Assembly (NCBI GenBank): GCA_947591495.1
Contig: CANQDG010000001.1
Coordinates: forward strand, 21,485 to 85,484
DNA from: an uncultured Bacilli bacterium
GTDB lineage: Bacteria; Bacillota_I; Bacilli_A; ML615J-28; CAG-313
Direction of reading: 5' to 3'
Length of the DNA: 64,000 nucleotides
Position numbers and translations under genes: made by a program
In this document: positions 31,256-42,050 of the stretch, one piece after another
Numbering within the stretch: the stretch's first letter is position 1
Layout of the letters: every line of letters starts with the position of its first letter
The notes under the pieces: model-generated
The model's database searches: none
What the model was told of the DNA's origin: nothing
Seen by the model: the letters and a program-made list of their open reading frames with translations, nothing else

Positions 31256-34200
31256 ATGACGCAAAAAAGTAGTTCTTTTAAATGGCTTAGTGCCCTGCGA
31301 TTATTAATATTGTTATTTTTTATCTTTTGTTTTACAGCATGTAAAAAGGATGACAAACCTATTGAGACAACGTATACATTAACATTTATATCAGATGGTA
31401 ATGTTATTGATACAATTAATGCAAAAGAAGGCGAAACAATAAATTTACCAAAAGATCCAGTTAAGACAGACTATGATTTTTTAGGGTGGTGTTTAGATGA
31501 AAAAGCTGAAGGTGAAGTTGTAACATTACCTACAACAATGCCAGCGGAAAATCGTACATATTATGCTAAATTTGTTGTAACAACTCCAATGGTTGATGGT
31601 TATAAAGTAACCTTTTCAGCAAACGCACCAGATGGTGTTACAGTAGATAATCAAATGGCGCCACTATCAGTTGAAAAAGGAACATCTTTTGTTGTTCCAG
31701 AATGCACTTTTGAAGCTAATGGATATATGTTTGCGGGATGGGCAACATCTGAAGGTGGTAAAGCTGATCTTACCCAAGGCGATTTTATTGTAGGTGCTGA
31801 ATATACACCTACAACTGATCTAACACTTTATGCTTGTTGGCTTAAAGGATATATTGATCGTGATGGATCAACTGATATTATTTATGCTGGAAATAGTGTA
31901 GTAGGTTTTGGTTCAGCTGTTCTTGATCGCTATGGTATGGAGAAAAAATTAGGCTTTGCGGAAATCGACCAAGAAACAGGAGAAGTTGTGGGATTTACTT
32001 TTTACTTTGATGCCTCAGAAGGTGGTGACCTTACTGGTATCATTTCTAATAGTATATTCTATTATCGTGGCAAAGAATATGGTATGTATGTATTAAAAGA
32101 TTATGTTTATAATCTTGTAGGTGAATATATTCTTTATCTTGATGGTTATGGCAGAGCTACCTACAATACCATGGTTGGTGATCAATTAAAAGCTATTTAT
32201 GGTATATATGAAAAAGACGAAGAATATGGTGATTATAATTTTTATGAAATAGATCCGACAACAGGTGAACCTATTATTGATCCTGATAATGTTACACTTC
32301 AAGGCTTTAATTTTAGTTTACTAGAGGGTCAAGTAAATGAAGTAGAATTACCAGATGATGCACCAATTAAAGGCTATTATTTTGTACTTGGTAATGAAAG
32401 TGGTTCATATTTACTTTATGAAAATGGTGAAGTAGTATATGATAAATTACTTGAGCTTAATGGTTATGGTTATGCCAAACTATATGAAATTAACAGCGAT
32501 GATGAAGAATCAGAAATTACTAAAACTTTAATTGCGGAAGGTGCATATTCAGGTAGTGAGAATTATTATGACTTCCAAGGTGAATGGCATTTTGAAAGTG
32601 ATGATCTTATTTTTAATTTTATTTTAACTGCTTTAAGTATGCAAACCCTTGAAGGTAGTGATACACTATTACCGATTTATTTAGTATATGATGATACTCA
32701 TAGTGGAATTTTTAATCAAGAAGATGACGAGGCTACTCTTGAGTTTGATGGATATAGCGGTGCTACTTATACTTCATCACTTGGTGAATATAGTGGTGTG
32801 GCTTTGATTAGTGGTAATTTATGTACTTTATATGTATATGATGAAGATGGTTATGTTAGTGATACTTTATACTTTAATGTAAATTGGCAAGCAAAAACTT
32901 TTAGTCTTTTCAATGATGGATTTATTATTGAAAATGGCGTCCTTGTTGCTTATACTGGTACTTCTAAGGCTATTGTAATACCTGATAGCGTTCATGAAAT
33001 TGCCGATAATGCTTTTAAAGATATGGATCTTGTATCAGTCGTTATTCCAGCAAGTGTAACTAAAATAGGCAATAATGCTTTCCAAAATAATTACACTTTA
33101 ACAAGAGTTACTTTCTTAGGTACTGATCCTAATGCCATTAGTATTGATTGGCATAATGCAAATGATCCATTCCGTTGGCCTGCAGGCAACTTTGTAATTG
33201 TTGTTCCAGAAGAAAATAAAGATGACTTTGTTAGTGTTTGGTCTAATGCTTGGCTTGATGCTTCAGGCAATGCTAATAAATATCGAATTAAAGGCTCAGT
33301 TGAAGTAAATAAACTTCCAGAATTTGAAGTAACTTCTGATGGTACGCTAATCGGTTATCATGGTCAAAATGATGCTGCAGTTTTAATTGACTTAACTATT
33401 AGTGTAGGTCAAACTGAATATGGTGGACCAGATATTACTATTATAGCAATTGGCGATGGTGTGTTTAGGGGAGCAACTTATTTACACTCAGTTGATCTTG
33501 GTAATGTAACTACCATTGGTGCTAGTGCTTTTGAAAATTGTGTATCACTTGTAAGCGTAAACTTTGCTAAAGTTGAAACAATAGGTAGTGCGGCTTTTGC
33601 GGGATGCACATCACTTGCTAATGATGCAGGTAAAATAGAATTACCTGCTATCAAAACAATTGATGAAAGTGCCTTTGCTAGTTGTAGTAGTATTAAACAC
33701 GTAGTTTTAGGTGAAAACATAACTAATATTGCTGCTCTTGCTTTCTTTGAAGTTGCTATTTTAAGTAGTGATATTCTTTATGTTGAATTTAGTGGAGGTA
33801 GTACTCATCCTACCATTGCTTCTTATGGTGGTATGGGTAGTTCAGGTGGTGCTTTCTATGGTAACGTATCATATCGCATCATCGTTCCTAATATTGAATA
33901 TGCTTTAGCTTGCTATGCTGATTCTAGTTGGTATAGTTTTAATAGCAGGTTAATGCTTAAAGCTGGCGAAGAAGCAGGTGAGTATTTTGATGGTGCATAT
34001 TCGCTTATCCTTGATGGAAGAGCAGTAGCTTTTAATGGTAGTGAAATTTGGTTATATAATATTGTTGGTAAAACAATCACTTTCTATGACTTTGAAGAAG
34101 TAAGTACCAATTATGTTGTTGCAACAGGTACTTATGAAAATAATACTATTACATTTGATTATGCTCTTGAAGATCAATCATCAAAAACTTATCAATTTAA

Positions 34201-34768
34201 ACTTGCTGGTACAGGTGGTGTTACCTTTACCTCAGAAGATGGTAACTATATTTTAGTAGTTGAAGATCCACGTGAATTAGACCCTGACACATGGAGTTCA
34301 TCAGATAAAGTAAGAAATACATTTACAGCAACTTTAAATGGTAAAGAAGTAACCGTCCAAATGAAAGGTTATCGAGCAGAAATTAACGATTTTGTTGATA
34401 CAGATGGTCAAACTTATAGTATTTATGATATTGCTTTTAATGGAACTACTTTTACATATAAAAAAATGGCAACTGTATCTTCAGGAGATCTTAATTTCCC
34501 TGCAAGCGGTAAAATTGAAAATCTTACTTGCGAAGATGGTAGTGTTTTAAATTTACACAAAAGCGGAAAATTAACATATGTGTACGGAAAATTAAATGAT
34601 GTTGATGGTATAGATATGCCTTCATTTAGTGATGGTGGTGTACCATGTACGAGCATTGAAGGTAATGTTGTTAAATTTACAAGACTTTATAAAAATGATA
34701 AATATGAAATTACCGTTATTATAAATCAAGATGCAGGTACATTTACTTATACTTGGGTCAAATTATAA
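31256..34768 (+). CDS. large surface lipoprotein with Listeria-Bacteroides (Flg_new) repeats and BspA-type leucine-rich repeats
   Basis: Lipobox FTACKK. Flg_new-like modules (YTLTFISDGNVIDTINAKEGE...DYDFLGW). BspA-type LRR segments (IPDSVHEIADNAFKDMDLVSVVIPASVTKIGNNAFQNN...). Confidence 0.75.
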   Translation: MTQKSSSFKWLSALRLLILLFFIFCFTACKKDDKPIETTYTLTFISDGNVIDTINAKEGETINLPKDPVKTDYDFLGWCLDEKAEGEVVTLPTTMPAENRTYYAKFVVTTPMVDGYKVTFSANAPDGVTVDNQMAPLSVEKGTSFVVPECTFEANGYMFAGWATSEGGKADLTQGDFIVGAEYTPTTDLTLYACWLKGYIDRDGSTDIIYAGNSVVGFGSAVLDRYGMEKKLGFAEIDQETGEVVGFTFYFDASEGGDLTGIISNSIFYYRGKEYGMYVLKDYVYNLVGEYILYLDGYGRATYNTMVGDQLKAIYGIYEKDEEYGDYNFYEIDPTTGEPIIDPDNVTLQGFNFSLLEGQVNEVELPDDAPIKGYYFVLGNESGSYLLYENGEVVYDKLLELNGYGYAKLYEINSDDEESEITKTLIAEGAYSGSENYYDFQGEWHFESDDLIFNFILTALSMQTLEGSDTLLPIYLVYDDTHSGIFNQEDDEATLEFDGYSGATYTSSLGEYSGVALISGNLCTLYVYDEDGYVSDTLYFNVNWQAKTFSLFNDGFIIENGVLVAYTGTSKAIVIPDSVHEIADNAFKDMDLVSVVIPASVTKIGNNAFQNNYTLTRVTFLGTDPNAISIDWHNANDPFRWPAGNFVIVVPEENKDDFVSVWSNAWLDASGNANKYRIKGSVEVNKLPEFEVTSDGTLIGYHGQNDAAVLIDLTISVGQTEYGGPDITIIAIGDGVFRGATYLHSVDLGNVTTIGASAFENCVSLVSVNFAKVETIGSAAFAGCTSLANDAGKIELPAIKTIDESAFASCSSIKHVVLGENITNIAALAFFEVAILSSDILYVEFSGGSTHPTIASYGGMGSSGGAFYGNVSYRIIVPNIEYALACYADSSWYSFNSRLMLKAGEEAGEYFDGAYSLILDGRAVAFNGSEIWLYNIVGKTITFYDFEEVSTNYVVATGTYENNTITFDYALEDQSSKTYQFKLAGTGGVTFTSEDGNYILVVEDPRELDPDTWSSSDKVRNTFTATLNGKEVTVQMKGYRAEINDFVDTDGQTYSIYDIAFNGTTFTYKKMATVSSGDLNFPASGKIENLTCEDGSVLNLHKSGKLTYVYGKLNDVDGIDMPSFSDGGVPCTSIEGNVVKFTRLYKNDKYEITVIINQDAGTFTYTWVKL

Positions 34769-34796
34769 AAAATAAATCAGTTAGAAAGGGAAAAAT

Positions 34797-37472
34797 ATGT
34801 TTAAGAAAAAAACATTTATTACAACTATATTACTTAGTTTAGTTATAATGTTATCAGTTGTTCTTACAGGTTGCTTTAAAAGTGTATATTCAGTAACAAT
34901 ACCAACTGGTGAAGGTTATACTATAAGTGAAATTGATAATTATTATACAGCAGGAAATATAGTAACATTCAAAATTACAGTTACAGATCCTAAAAAAGAA
35001 TTAGCATCAGTAACATCAGAACAAGTTAGTATAACTAATGAGGATGGTAATTGTAGTTTTACAATGCCAGCTGAAAATGTCACAGTTCAAGTTGAATTAA
35101 AAGATGCTAAAGCACCTGCAAAATATACAGTAACCGTGCCAGCAGGCGTTGGTTATACTGTAAGTGGTGTTAATCTAGAAGGTTATGAAGCAGGCGAAGA
35201 AGTAGTATTCACTGTTAGTGTTACAGATTCTGAAAAAGTATTAGAATCGGTAACATCAGAACAAGTTAACATTACTAATGAAGAAGGAAATTATCGCTTT
35301 ACAATGCCAGCTGAAAATGTTATAGTTCAAGTAACACTTGTTGCCAAAAAATACAAAGTTGATTTTTATTCAGATGGTGAAACCTTATTTACAACTAAAT
35401 ACGTAGAATCAGGAAAACCAGTTGAAGAACCTGAAACTAATCCTACTAAAGAAGGTCAAACATTCCGTTATTGGTGTACTGAACTTGGTGAAGAATATGA
35501 TTTTAGTGAACCAGTTACAAGTGATTTAAGATTAGAGGCAAAATTTGGTGTTCATATTACTTTTAATCTTAATGGTGGAACTGGTGATACACCAGAAGAA
35601 ATATGGGTTAAAGTATTAGGTATGCCTACAACTCTACCAACCGGTGATGGTATTACCAATGGCGATAAAGTTTTTGCAGGATGGGAAGACTTAGAAACTA
35701 AAACAGTTTATTCTTCAGGAGAACAAGTTACTATTACACGTAGTGTAGAACTATTTGCTAAATGGGAAGAACCTACTATAACTTATACTGTTGAATTCTA
35801 TTGTGGTTCATATAACAATAATGGTATAACTGGAATAGCGCCAGAAACTAAAGTAGTTAACAAAGGTGATAAAGTTATTTTACCTGCTAATCCATGGACA
35901 AGAGAAGGATATGCTTTTAAGGGCTGGAAAATCCAACGCTATGTAGACGAGTATTGGAAAGATATTGAAGGCGAAATCGATAAACAACAAGGTTATGAAT
36001 ATCAAGTAAATGAAAATATTCGTGTTACTGCTACTTGGGAGCAATCAAAATTAACGATTAAATATGATGCTAATGGCGGATCTGGTGAAATTGCAAGTTC
36101 AACTAGCAAATATGGAGGTAAAACAATTTTTATTACGGAAGAAATGTTTGTAGCTCCAGCTGGAAAAACTTTTGCAGGATGGTCATTAACACAAAATGGT
36201 GAAGCAATTTATGTTTCAAGTGGCACAATCCAATTAGACGCAATTAAAGATAGTTTAGTTAGAGATGAAAATGGTAATTACGAAGTTACTTTATATGCAA
36301 TATGGAAAGAAGCAAAAGAACCAGTACAAGTAGCAGATATTGAAGGTGTTTGGACATCAGGTAATAAAACGGTTGTAATATCAACTGTTGTAGCAGGTAA
36401 TGATATATATGGTGGTATGTATGGTTCGGTTGTTGGTTCAATTATTGTTAATAATGAATATATGCTTCTTTACGATTTGCAAGATTTTGGTTCTGATTAT
36501 GGCTTTGCTGCTTTTCCAAAAATAAGTATGTCGGAAGAATATAGCATGGAAATGGTATCAGTTACATATAAAGATAATCAACTTACAGTTAACTCTGATG
36601 TATACACTTCTAAAACATCTTTAACTAATGCTTCTAAAGCAGATTTTGTAGGTGAATGGAAACGTGATGATACATCTCAAATATTGACAATAACAGAGGA
36701 TAAAGTCACTATTAGTAGTAGCAGTAATGTAACTGTATTTGAAGTTATTGATAAATATCTTGTTATTGAATATAATAGTGCATATCAATATCTACTTACT
36801 AAAAATGATAATAAATTAGAAGGCTATTATAACGTTGCAGAAGCAGCACCTAAAGCAGTATCATTTACAAAAGTTGAAGAAGTAACACCTGAAAAATATA
36901 CTGTAACTGTATCAAAAGGCGAAGAATATACTGTAAGTGGCTTAGTAGAAGAAGGCTATGAAGAAGGTGCTACAGTAACCTTTACAGTAACAGTAACTGA
37001 CTCTAAAAAAGCATTAGAATCAGTAACATCAGAACAAGTTGAAATAAAAGGTACTGATGGTAGTTATACTTTTACAATGCCAAAAGAAAATGTAACTATT
37101 ATAGTAACTTTAAAAGATGCAGAAGAACAACCAGATTTACCAGCTGGTGATTTATATAATGCAGAAGTTAAAGCTGAATATAGTAATAATAGTTATAGTT
37201 TTACAATTGATAAACTAGTATATGATGAAGAAGGTATGAAAATTTATATTTGGGGTACTGTTAATGGAGAGAAAGTAGAAGGAAAAGAATATACATTAGA
37301 AGCTAGTCAAATAAGTTGGTATGAAGGCCCAGGAACAATAGAAAAGTATTGGAAAGCATATATTTGTGGTAAGCAGGCAGATAATGGTATAGCTATTCTT
37401 TCTGATGGATCTATTATATTCTGTGATAACCAAGATGCTCAAATTGCCGACAACGTTTATCGTAAAGCTTAA
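34797..37472 (+). CDS. large surface lipoprotein with Listeria-Bacteroides repeats and three ~70-aa internal tandem-related modules
   Basis: Lipobox LTGCFK. A repeated module YTVTV..G.GYTVSG...VTSEQV.ITNEEGNY.FTMPAENV.VQV.L occurs three times. Flg_new-like repeats (YKVDFYSDGETLF...FRYW). Confidence 0.7.
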   Translation: MFKKKTFITTILLSLVIMLSVVLTGCFKSVYSVTIPTGEGYTISEIDNYYTAGNIVTFKITVTDPKKELASVTSEQVSITNEDGNCSFTMPAENVTVQVELKDAKAPAKYTVTVPAGVGYTVSGVNLEGYEAGEEVVFTVSVTDSEKVLESVTSEQVNITNEEGNYRFTMPAENVIVQVTLVAKKYKVDFYSDGETLFTTKYVESGKPVEEPETNPTKEGQTFRYWCTELGEEYDFSEPVTSDLRLEAKFGVHITFNLNGGTGDTPEEIWVKVLGMPTTLPTGDGITNGDKVFAGWEDLETKTVYSSGEQVTITRSVELFAKWEEPTITYTVEFYCGSYNNNGITGIAPETKVVNKGDKVILPANPWTREGYAFKGWKIQRYVDEYWKDIEGEIDKQQGYEYQVNENIRVTATWEQSKLTIKYDANGGSGEIASSTSKYGGKTIFITEEMFVAPAGKTFAGWSLTQNGEAIYVSSGTIQLDAIKDSLVRDENGNYEVTLYAIWKEAKEPVQVADIEGVWTSGNKTVVISTVVAGNDIYGGMYGSVVGSIIVNNEYMLLYDLQDFGSDYGFAAFPKISMSEEYSMEMVSVTYKDNQLTVNSDVYTSKTSLTNASKADFVGEWKRDDTSQILTITEDKVTISSSSNVTVFEVIDKYLVIEYNSAYQYLLTKNDNKLEGYYNVAEAAPKAVSFTKVEEVTPEKYTVTVSKGEEYTVSGLVEEGYEEGATVTFTVTVTDSKKALESVTSEQVEIKGTDGSYTFTMPKENVTIIVTLKDAEEQPDLPAGDLYNAEVKAEYSNNSYSFTIDKLVYDEEGMKIYIWGTVNGEKVEGKEYTLEASQISWYEGPGTIEKYWKAYICGKQADNGIAILSDGSIIFCDNQDAQIADNVYRKA

Positions 37473-37483
37473 ATAAAATAATA

Positions 37484-37524
37484 AAAGTTTGATTCAAATA
37501 ATACTGAATCAAACTTTTTATTTT
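37484..37524 (+). terminator. intrinsic terminator
   Basis: AAAGTTTGATTCA-loop-TGAATCAAACTTT followed by TTATTTT. Confidence 0.8.
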
Positions 37525-37776
37525 ACCTATTAATATTTTTATTGATAAATTATGGATAAAATGAAAATATAATCATCTTGATATTTTATAAAAAAATATT
37601 ATAAAAAATATAATAATTTTTTAATGTAAAAAAGATTTCTTTTTTATAGACTTATTTTTTATATATTAATAAAATCATAAAAAATACTATATTAAAAATA
37701 CTATATTTTTTATTAATATTTTTTTAGTAAAAAAAGTATATATTTTTTTAATAAAAAAAGTTTATTTAATCTAATA

Positions 37777-38400
37777 TTGTTAAAAAATGGTATAAAAATT
37801 GCAGAAAACGTTTTCGATGGAAAAAAATCGGCAAGGTCCTTAGGTCATAACTTTAGTGGTGAACCAACATGGCAGTGGCAAGAAAATCATCAAAAAGCTC
37901 TTGCCATCTTTGCGTGTCAAAATGAAGGATGTCAAGAAACATTAACAATTGATGCTGAAGTAAACATTATGTATGATGATGCTACATGTAGAAAAGAAGG
38001 AAGCATAACTTATCTTGCTAAAGTAGAATTAAATGGCAAAATTTACCGAGCAGAATTCAACGAAGTTATTGCTAAAAAACCACATGAATATCCAGAACCA
38101 ATCTGGTGTTGGTCAAAAGATCTTAAGAGTGCTATAGCCATCTTTGAATGTGATAATTGTGGTAATCAAGTTGAAATAGAAGCTAAGATAACGCAAGAAG
38201 CTATTGAAGATGGAAAAATGCGATATACTGTTCATGTAACTTTTGAGGGTATTGACTATGAAAATAGTATTGACGCAAGATATAATAAGAAGTTTAATGG
38301 TACAACAGCCTTTATCTTCGCTACAATTGCTTTTACAGGTATTATTATGGGAGCTATTATTGTATTCAAAATTAGAAGTAGTATCCCTTACCAAAAATAA
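37777..38400 (+). CDS. tail-anchored Cys-repeat protein without signal peptide (possible remnant of a surface protein)
   Basis: TTG start with no recognisable RBS or signal peptide. Two ~55-aa repeats each carry Cys pairs (FACQNEGCQETL / FECDNCGNQVEI). A C-terminal TM helix follows. The gene sits after a 300-bp stretch of almost pure A/T. Confidence 0.35.
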   Translation: MLKNGIKIAENVFDGKKSARSLGHNFSGEPTWQWQENHQKALAIFACQNEGCQETLTIDAEVNIMYDDATCRKEGSITYLAKVELNGKIYRAEFNEVIAKKPHEYPEPIWCWSKDLKSAIAIFECDNCGNQVEIEAKITQEAIEDGKMRYTVHVTFEGIDYENSIDARYNKKFNGTTAFIFATIAFTGIIMGAIIVFKIRSSIPYQK

Positions 38401-38420
38401 AAGCCATTAAATAAATAAAA

Positions 38421-38460
38421 GGTTCATGAAATGTCTTTTCATGAGCCTTTTAAGTATTTT
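38421..38460 (+). terminator. intrinsic terminator
   Basis: GGTTCATGAAA-TGTCT-TTTCATGAGCC followed by a T-rich tail. Confidence 0.7.
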
Positions 38461-38652
38461 CTAGCAAAAAAGAGCCTTTTTTGGGGTACGATAGGTTAAA
38501 GTTTTAACTTTTTTTGTCTTGCTTTTTTTTACAAAAAGTGTTATAATTAATATGTAATGAGAGTGTATGGAAGCTTAAAATAAGTAGTATTCATAAACAG
38601 TTTAATAGCGTAGATCATCTCTTTATTATTAAAATCAAAGGAGGTGAAAACG

Positions 38653-38904
38653 ATGAAACATGTTCAAGCTGCTTGTATTTTCCAAACATTAATTTTTAGT
38701 CAAAAAGATGAATTTAATTATTCACAAGAAGAAGCTTTAAATTATAATAAAGCCGAAGTTAGAAAATATAAAGAATCATTAGATAAAGTTCATGCTCGCT
38801 ATAAAGTAGTTGAAGAAACCGAATTAAATGATGGCTCGATTATGCTTAAGATTCGCAAACAATATAATGATACAACTGATGTTAGTGAATATTTTAATTT
38901 ATAA
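38653..38904 (+). CDS. small hypothetical protein
   Basis: 83 aa with a strong GGAGGTG RBS 7 nt upstream of the ATG. No recognisable motif. Confidence 0.45.
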   Translation: MKHVQAACIFQTLIFSQKDEFNYSQEEALNYNKAEVRKYKESLDKVHARYKVVEETELNDGSIMLKIRKQYNDTTDVSEYFNL

Positions 38905-38910
38905 AAAATA

Positions 38911-38947
38911 AATGTTCTACAATATTTTAGTAGAACATTATTTTTTG
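38911..38947 (+). terminator. intrinsic terminator
   Basis: AATGTTCTAC-loop-GTAGAACATT followed by ATTTTTT. Confidence 0.75.
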
Positions 38948-39041
38948 GTAATTATTTGCATATAAAAAAATTATAATTAATCTTGACTAGAGATAGTAAA
39001 ATCAGTATAATTATTATTGATAAAAACGGAGGTATAATCTG

Positions 39042-41984
39042 ATGGAGATTATTAAATATGTATTATTAGGATTTGATATCCTTATTATCGTTTTATTATT
39101 ATTACGTTTATTAAGTGGTTTTCGTAAAGGTACAATTAGATCAGCTATTATACTAGCAACCCAGTTAGTGCCTTTAATTATTCTTTTTGCTTTTTCTGGC
39201 TTGATTGCTAAAAAAGTTGTTAATAGCAATATAAATATTGAGGGAACTGATACAACTATTTTAGAATTTGCGCAATCATTGTTGCCAGAAGAAATGATTG
39301 ATACACTTAATGGTATTAATGCCTCATCTATGATCAATGATGTTTTAATTTCAGGTGTTAAACTCATACTTTGTATTGCTTTTGCGATAATTACTTTTCT
39401 TATCATTTCACCTTTAATTAGATTTATTCTTTTTCTTGCATTACCAGGCTTAAGAAAGAAAAAACCAAAACTAGGTAGTAGATTGGGTGGTATGGGAATT
39501 AGATTTGCTGGATCACTAATATTATTTTGGCTCTTTGCTTTGCCAATTTATGGATCACTTGAAGTAGCTAATGTTGCTAGCCAAACGATAGCTCAGGCTG
39601 AAGTACAAGTTGATGATAGCACCATTGAAGATAGTTTATCTGGATCATTTATTCTTAAAATGACAAGTGCTATTGGTAAGAAGAAAAATGGAGCTTTTGG
39701 TTTTGGTGCAAAACGTTTAGGTCAAGTTTTACAAATAAAGGTTGATAAAACTAAAATTAATTTAATTAAAGAAATTGATGGAATCATACCAATGATTCCA
39801 AGAGTTATGGAATTAAATCAAATCTATAGTAAAGAAAATAATATACAAGATTTAATCCTGGCTTTAAATGAACAAGATATTGATAATATCTTTAATGTTT
39901 TATCAAATAGTAGTATTATAAAATTAGCATGGCCGATTGCGGTAAGTTATTTAAAACAAGCCGAAGAAAGTAGTGAATTTATTGGTAAAATGCAACTTGA
40001 TTATGATAAATTAGCTTCAATTGATATTAGCGAAAACTTCACAGCGACTGCCACTTTACTTAAAGAAACTTTAAAATTTGCTAAGGCTAATGATTTAACT
40101 AAGCTTGACATGAGTATTTTAGAAAGTGATGAAAACATTAATCAAATAATTACTATTTTAAATAGTGCTTATAACATAAAATTATTTGAAGAAATTTTCC
40201 CTAAAGCAATTTATGCTCTTTTATCTGAAAAAATGAGCACTACGGAATATGCTTTCATCTTAGATTTTATTACTCCTGCTTATTTAAAAAATGATTTGCC
40301 ATCTGATGTTAGTAATATAGCTAAAATTTATGTATCTTTAAAAGAAGCTAAAATTTTTGATTATTTCTTACAAAAAGAAGGTACATATACTTTTGATGAT
40401 GATACAAAGAAATTATTAGATACAGCAAAAGATTTACTTTTAAATATTCAATTATTAAAAAATAATTATGGTAAATTATTAGAAAATGTTGATCAGTTCA
40501 TACCAGATGATATTCCACTAGATTTTTCTAATGTTTCAAGTGAATCGGTTGATTGGAAAGTAGAATTTGGTCTTTTATTTGATTTTATTACTACTGGTTA
40601 TAAACTAATGGTTAATACTAATTTTGATAGCAATGATCCAATGGCTATTTTAGACAATGAAAATACGCCAACATATATTGCGGAAATGATTAACATTATC
40701 TTAGAATCACAATTAGCTGATAAATATTATTTGCCAGCTTTTGAAGATCTCATCAATCAATATACAACAGGAACTGATTTTGAAAAATATCAATCATATT
40801 TTGATATAGCATATCTTAAAGATGGTCTAGTTGACGATATTCAAAGCATTGCTAAATTATATAAAATTTATAAAGAATTAGAATTAAATAGATTATTTGA
40901 TGAAGATCCTGATTTTAGTATAGGTTTAGAAGATGAAGCTATAAAGACTAAATTTACAACTTTTATTAATGATTTATTAAATTTAAAAGTGATTAATAAT
41001 CATGAAAGTGAACTTTTAACCGATTTATTAGATTTAAGTGGCTTAAATGAATATATCGAAATTGATACATCCAATCCTAATATTGATTGGACCGCTGAAA
41101 AACAAATTTTATCACAAATCATTGTATCAATCTTTGATTTAACCGATCTTAAAGAAATGCTTGATAGTCAAGAAAATCTTGATATTTTAGCACATAAAGC
41201 CAGCATTATAAAAGTCGCAGAAGTCTTAGATTTGATGACTAAATCAAATCTTACTAAAAATACCGTTTTCGATTTATTAAATAAAGTTTTTGAAACAGCT
41301 GAATACAATATTTCTTTGGATGAAAATGATAAAGCTGCTATAATTAATAATACCTTTAAACAAGAAATTACTATTCTTTTAGAATTATTGGAGTCATCTA
41401 ACGAATTATTTGAAAAAAATCAAGATGGTAATTTAGTTCTTGATGAAACTAGTAGTGCAACAATCGTTAACTTGATGAAGAAAGCTTCAACATCAGTTAT
41501 TGCAACAAAAATTATCGGTCAAGTTATAAACGATAATTTAGGACAAGATGGCTTAAATATTTTACCATTAGATGAAACTGGTCAACCAGTATATGATTTT
41601 AGCAATCCTAACACTTTAAAGGATAATGCCGATAGTGTTGGTGTGTTAATTGATTTATATGTAACTTTACATAATATTGATACATCAAATCTTACAGATA
41701 ATGATATTGACTCATTAAAAAATTGCTTAGATGAAATGGGTCAAACAGGTCTTAATCAAGAATTAATTGATGCATTCTTAAACACAATATTAGAAAATGA
41801 TAATATTGATGCACCTGCTGATGTTGATTGGCAACAAGAAAGTCAAACTTTAACAGATGTATTAAATGCTTATCAAGAAAGTTCTGATAAAGATAATTTT
41901 ACAATTGACGATCCTGATCTTCTTGAGGCAGTAAATCAAAGTGATGTTGCTAAAAGTATTTTAGAATACTTAAATATTATCTAA
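39042..41984 (+). CDS. CvpA-like membrane domain fused to ~850-aa acidic, internally repetitive domain (hypothetical)
   Basis: N-terminal TM helices with the CvpA-like LRLLSGFRKGTIRS motif. Repeated F(D/I)xxYLK(N/D)xLxxDxxxIAK(I/L)Y segments. Strongly acidic composition. Confidence 0.55.
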   Translation: MEIIKYVLLGFDILIIVLLLLRLLSGFRKGTIRSAIILATQLVPLIILFAFSGLIAKKVVNSNINIEGTDTTILEFAQSLLPEEMIDTLNGINASSMINDVLISGVKLILCIAFAIITFLIISPLIRFILFLALPGLRKKKPKLGSRLGGMGIRFAGSLILFWLFALPIYGSLEVANVASQTIAQAEVQVDDSTIEDSLSGSFILKMTSAIGKKKNGAFGFGAKRLGQVLQIKVDKTKINLIKEIDGIIPMIPRVMELNQIYSKENNIQDLILALNEQDIDNIFNVLSNSSIIKLAWPIAVSYLKQAEESSEFIGKMQLDYDKLASIDISENFTATATLLKETLKFAKANDLTKLDMSILESDENINQIITILNSAYNIKLFEEIFPKAIYALLSEKMSTTEYAFILDFITPAYLKNDLPSDVSNIAKIYVSLKEAKIFDYFLQKEGTYTFDDDTKKLLDTAKDLLLNIQLLKNNYGKLLENVDQFIPDDIPLDFSNVSSESVDWKVEFGLLFDFITTGYKLMVNTNFDSNDPMAILDNENTPTYIAEMINIILESQLADKYYLPAFEDLINQYTTGTDFEKYQSYFDIAYLKDGLVDDIQSIAKLYKIYKELELNRLFDEDPDFSIGLEDEAIKTKFTTFINDLLNLKVINNHESELLTDLLDLSGLNEYIEIDTSNPNIDWTAEKQILSQIIVSIFDLTDLKEMLDSQENLDILAHKASIIKVAEVLDLMTKSNLTKNTVFDLLNKVFETAEYNISLDENDKAAIINNTFKQEITILLELLESSNELFEKNQDGNLVLDETSSATIVNLMKKASTSVIATKIIGQVINDNLGQDGLNILPLDETGQPVYDFSNPNTLKDNADSVGVLIDLYVTLHNIDTSNLTDNDIDSLKNCLDEMGQTGLNQELIDAFLNTILENDNIDAPADVDWQQESQTLTDVLNAYQESSDKDNFTIDDPDLLEAVNQSDVAKSILEYLNII

Positions 41985-42002
41985 ATTTTATAGATTATAA
42001 AA

Positions 42003-42050
42003 AAAGAGACTGTTAAATACCTAATTATAAGGTAGATAACAGTCTCTTTT
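42003..42050. terminator. bidirectional terminator between convergent genes
   Basis: 13-bp perfect stem AAAGAGACTGTTA / TAACAGTCTCTTT. Confidence 0.7.
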
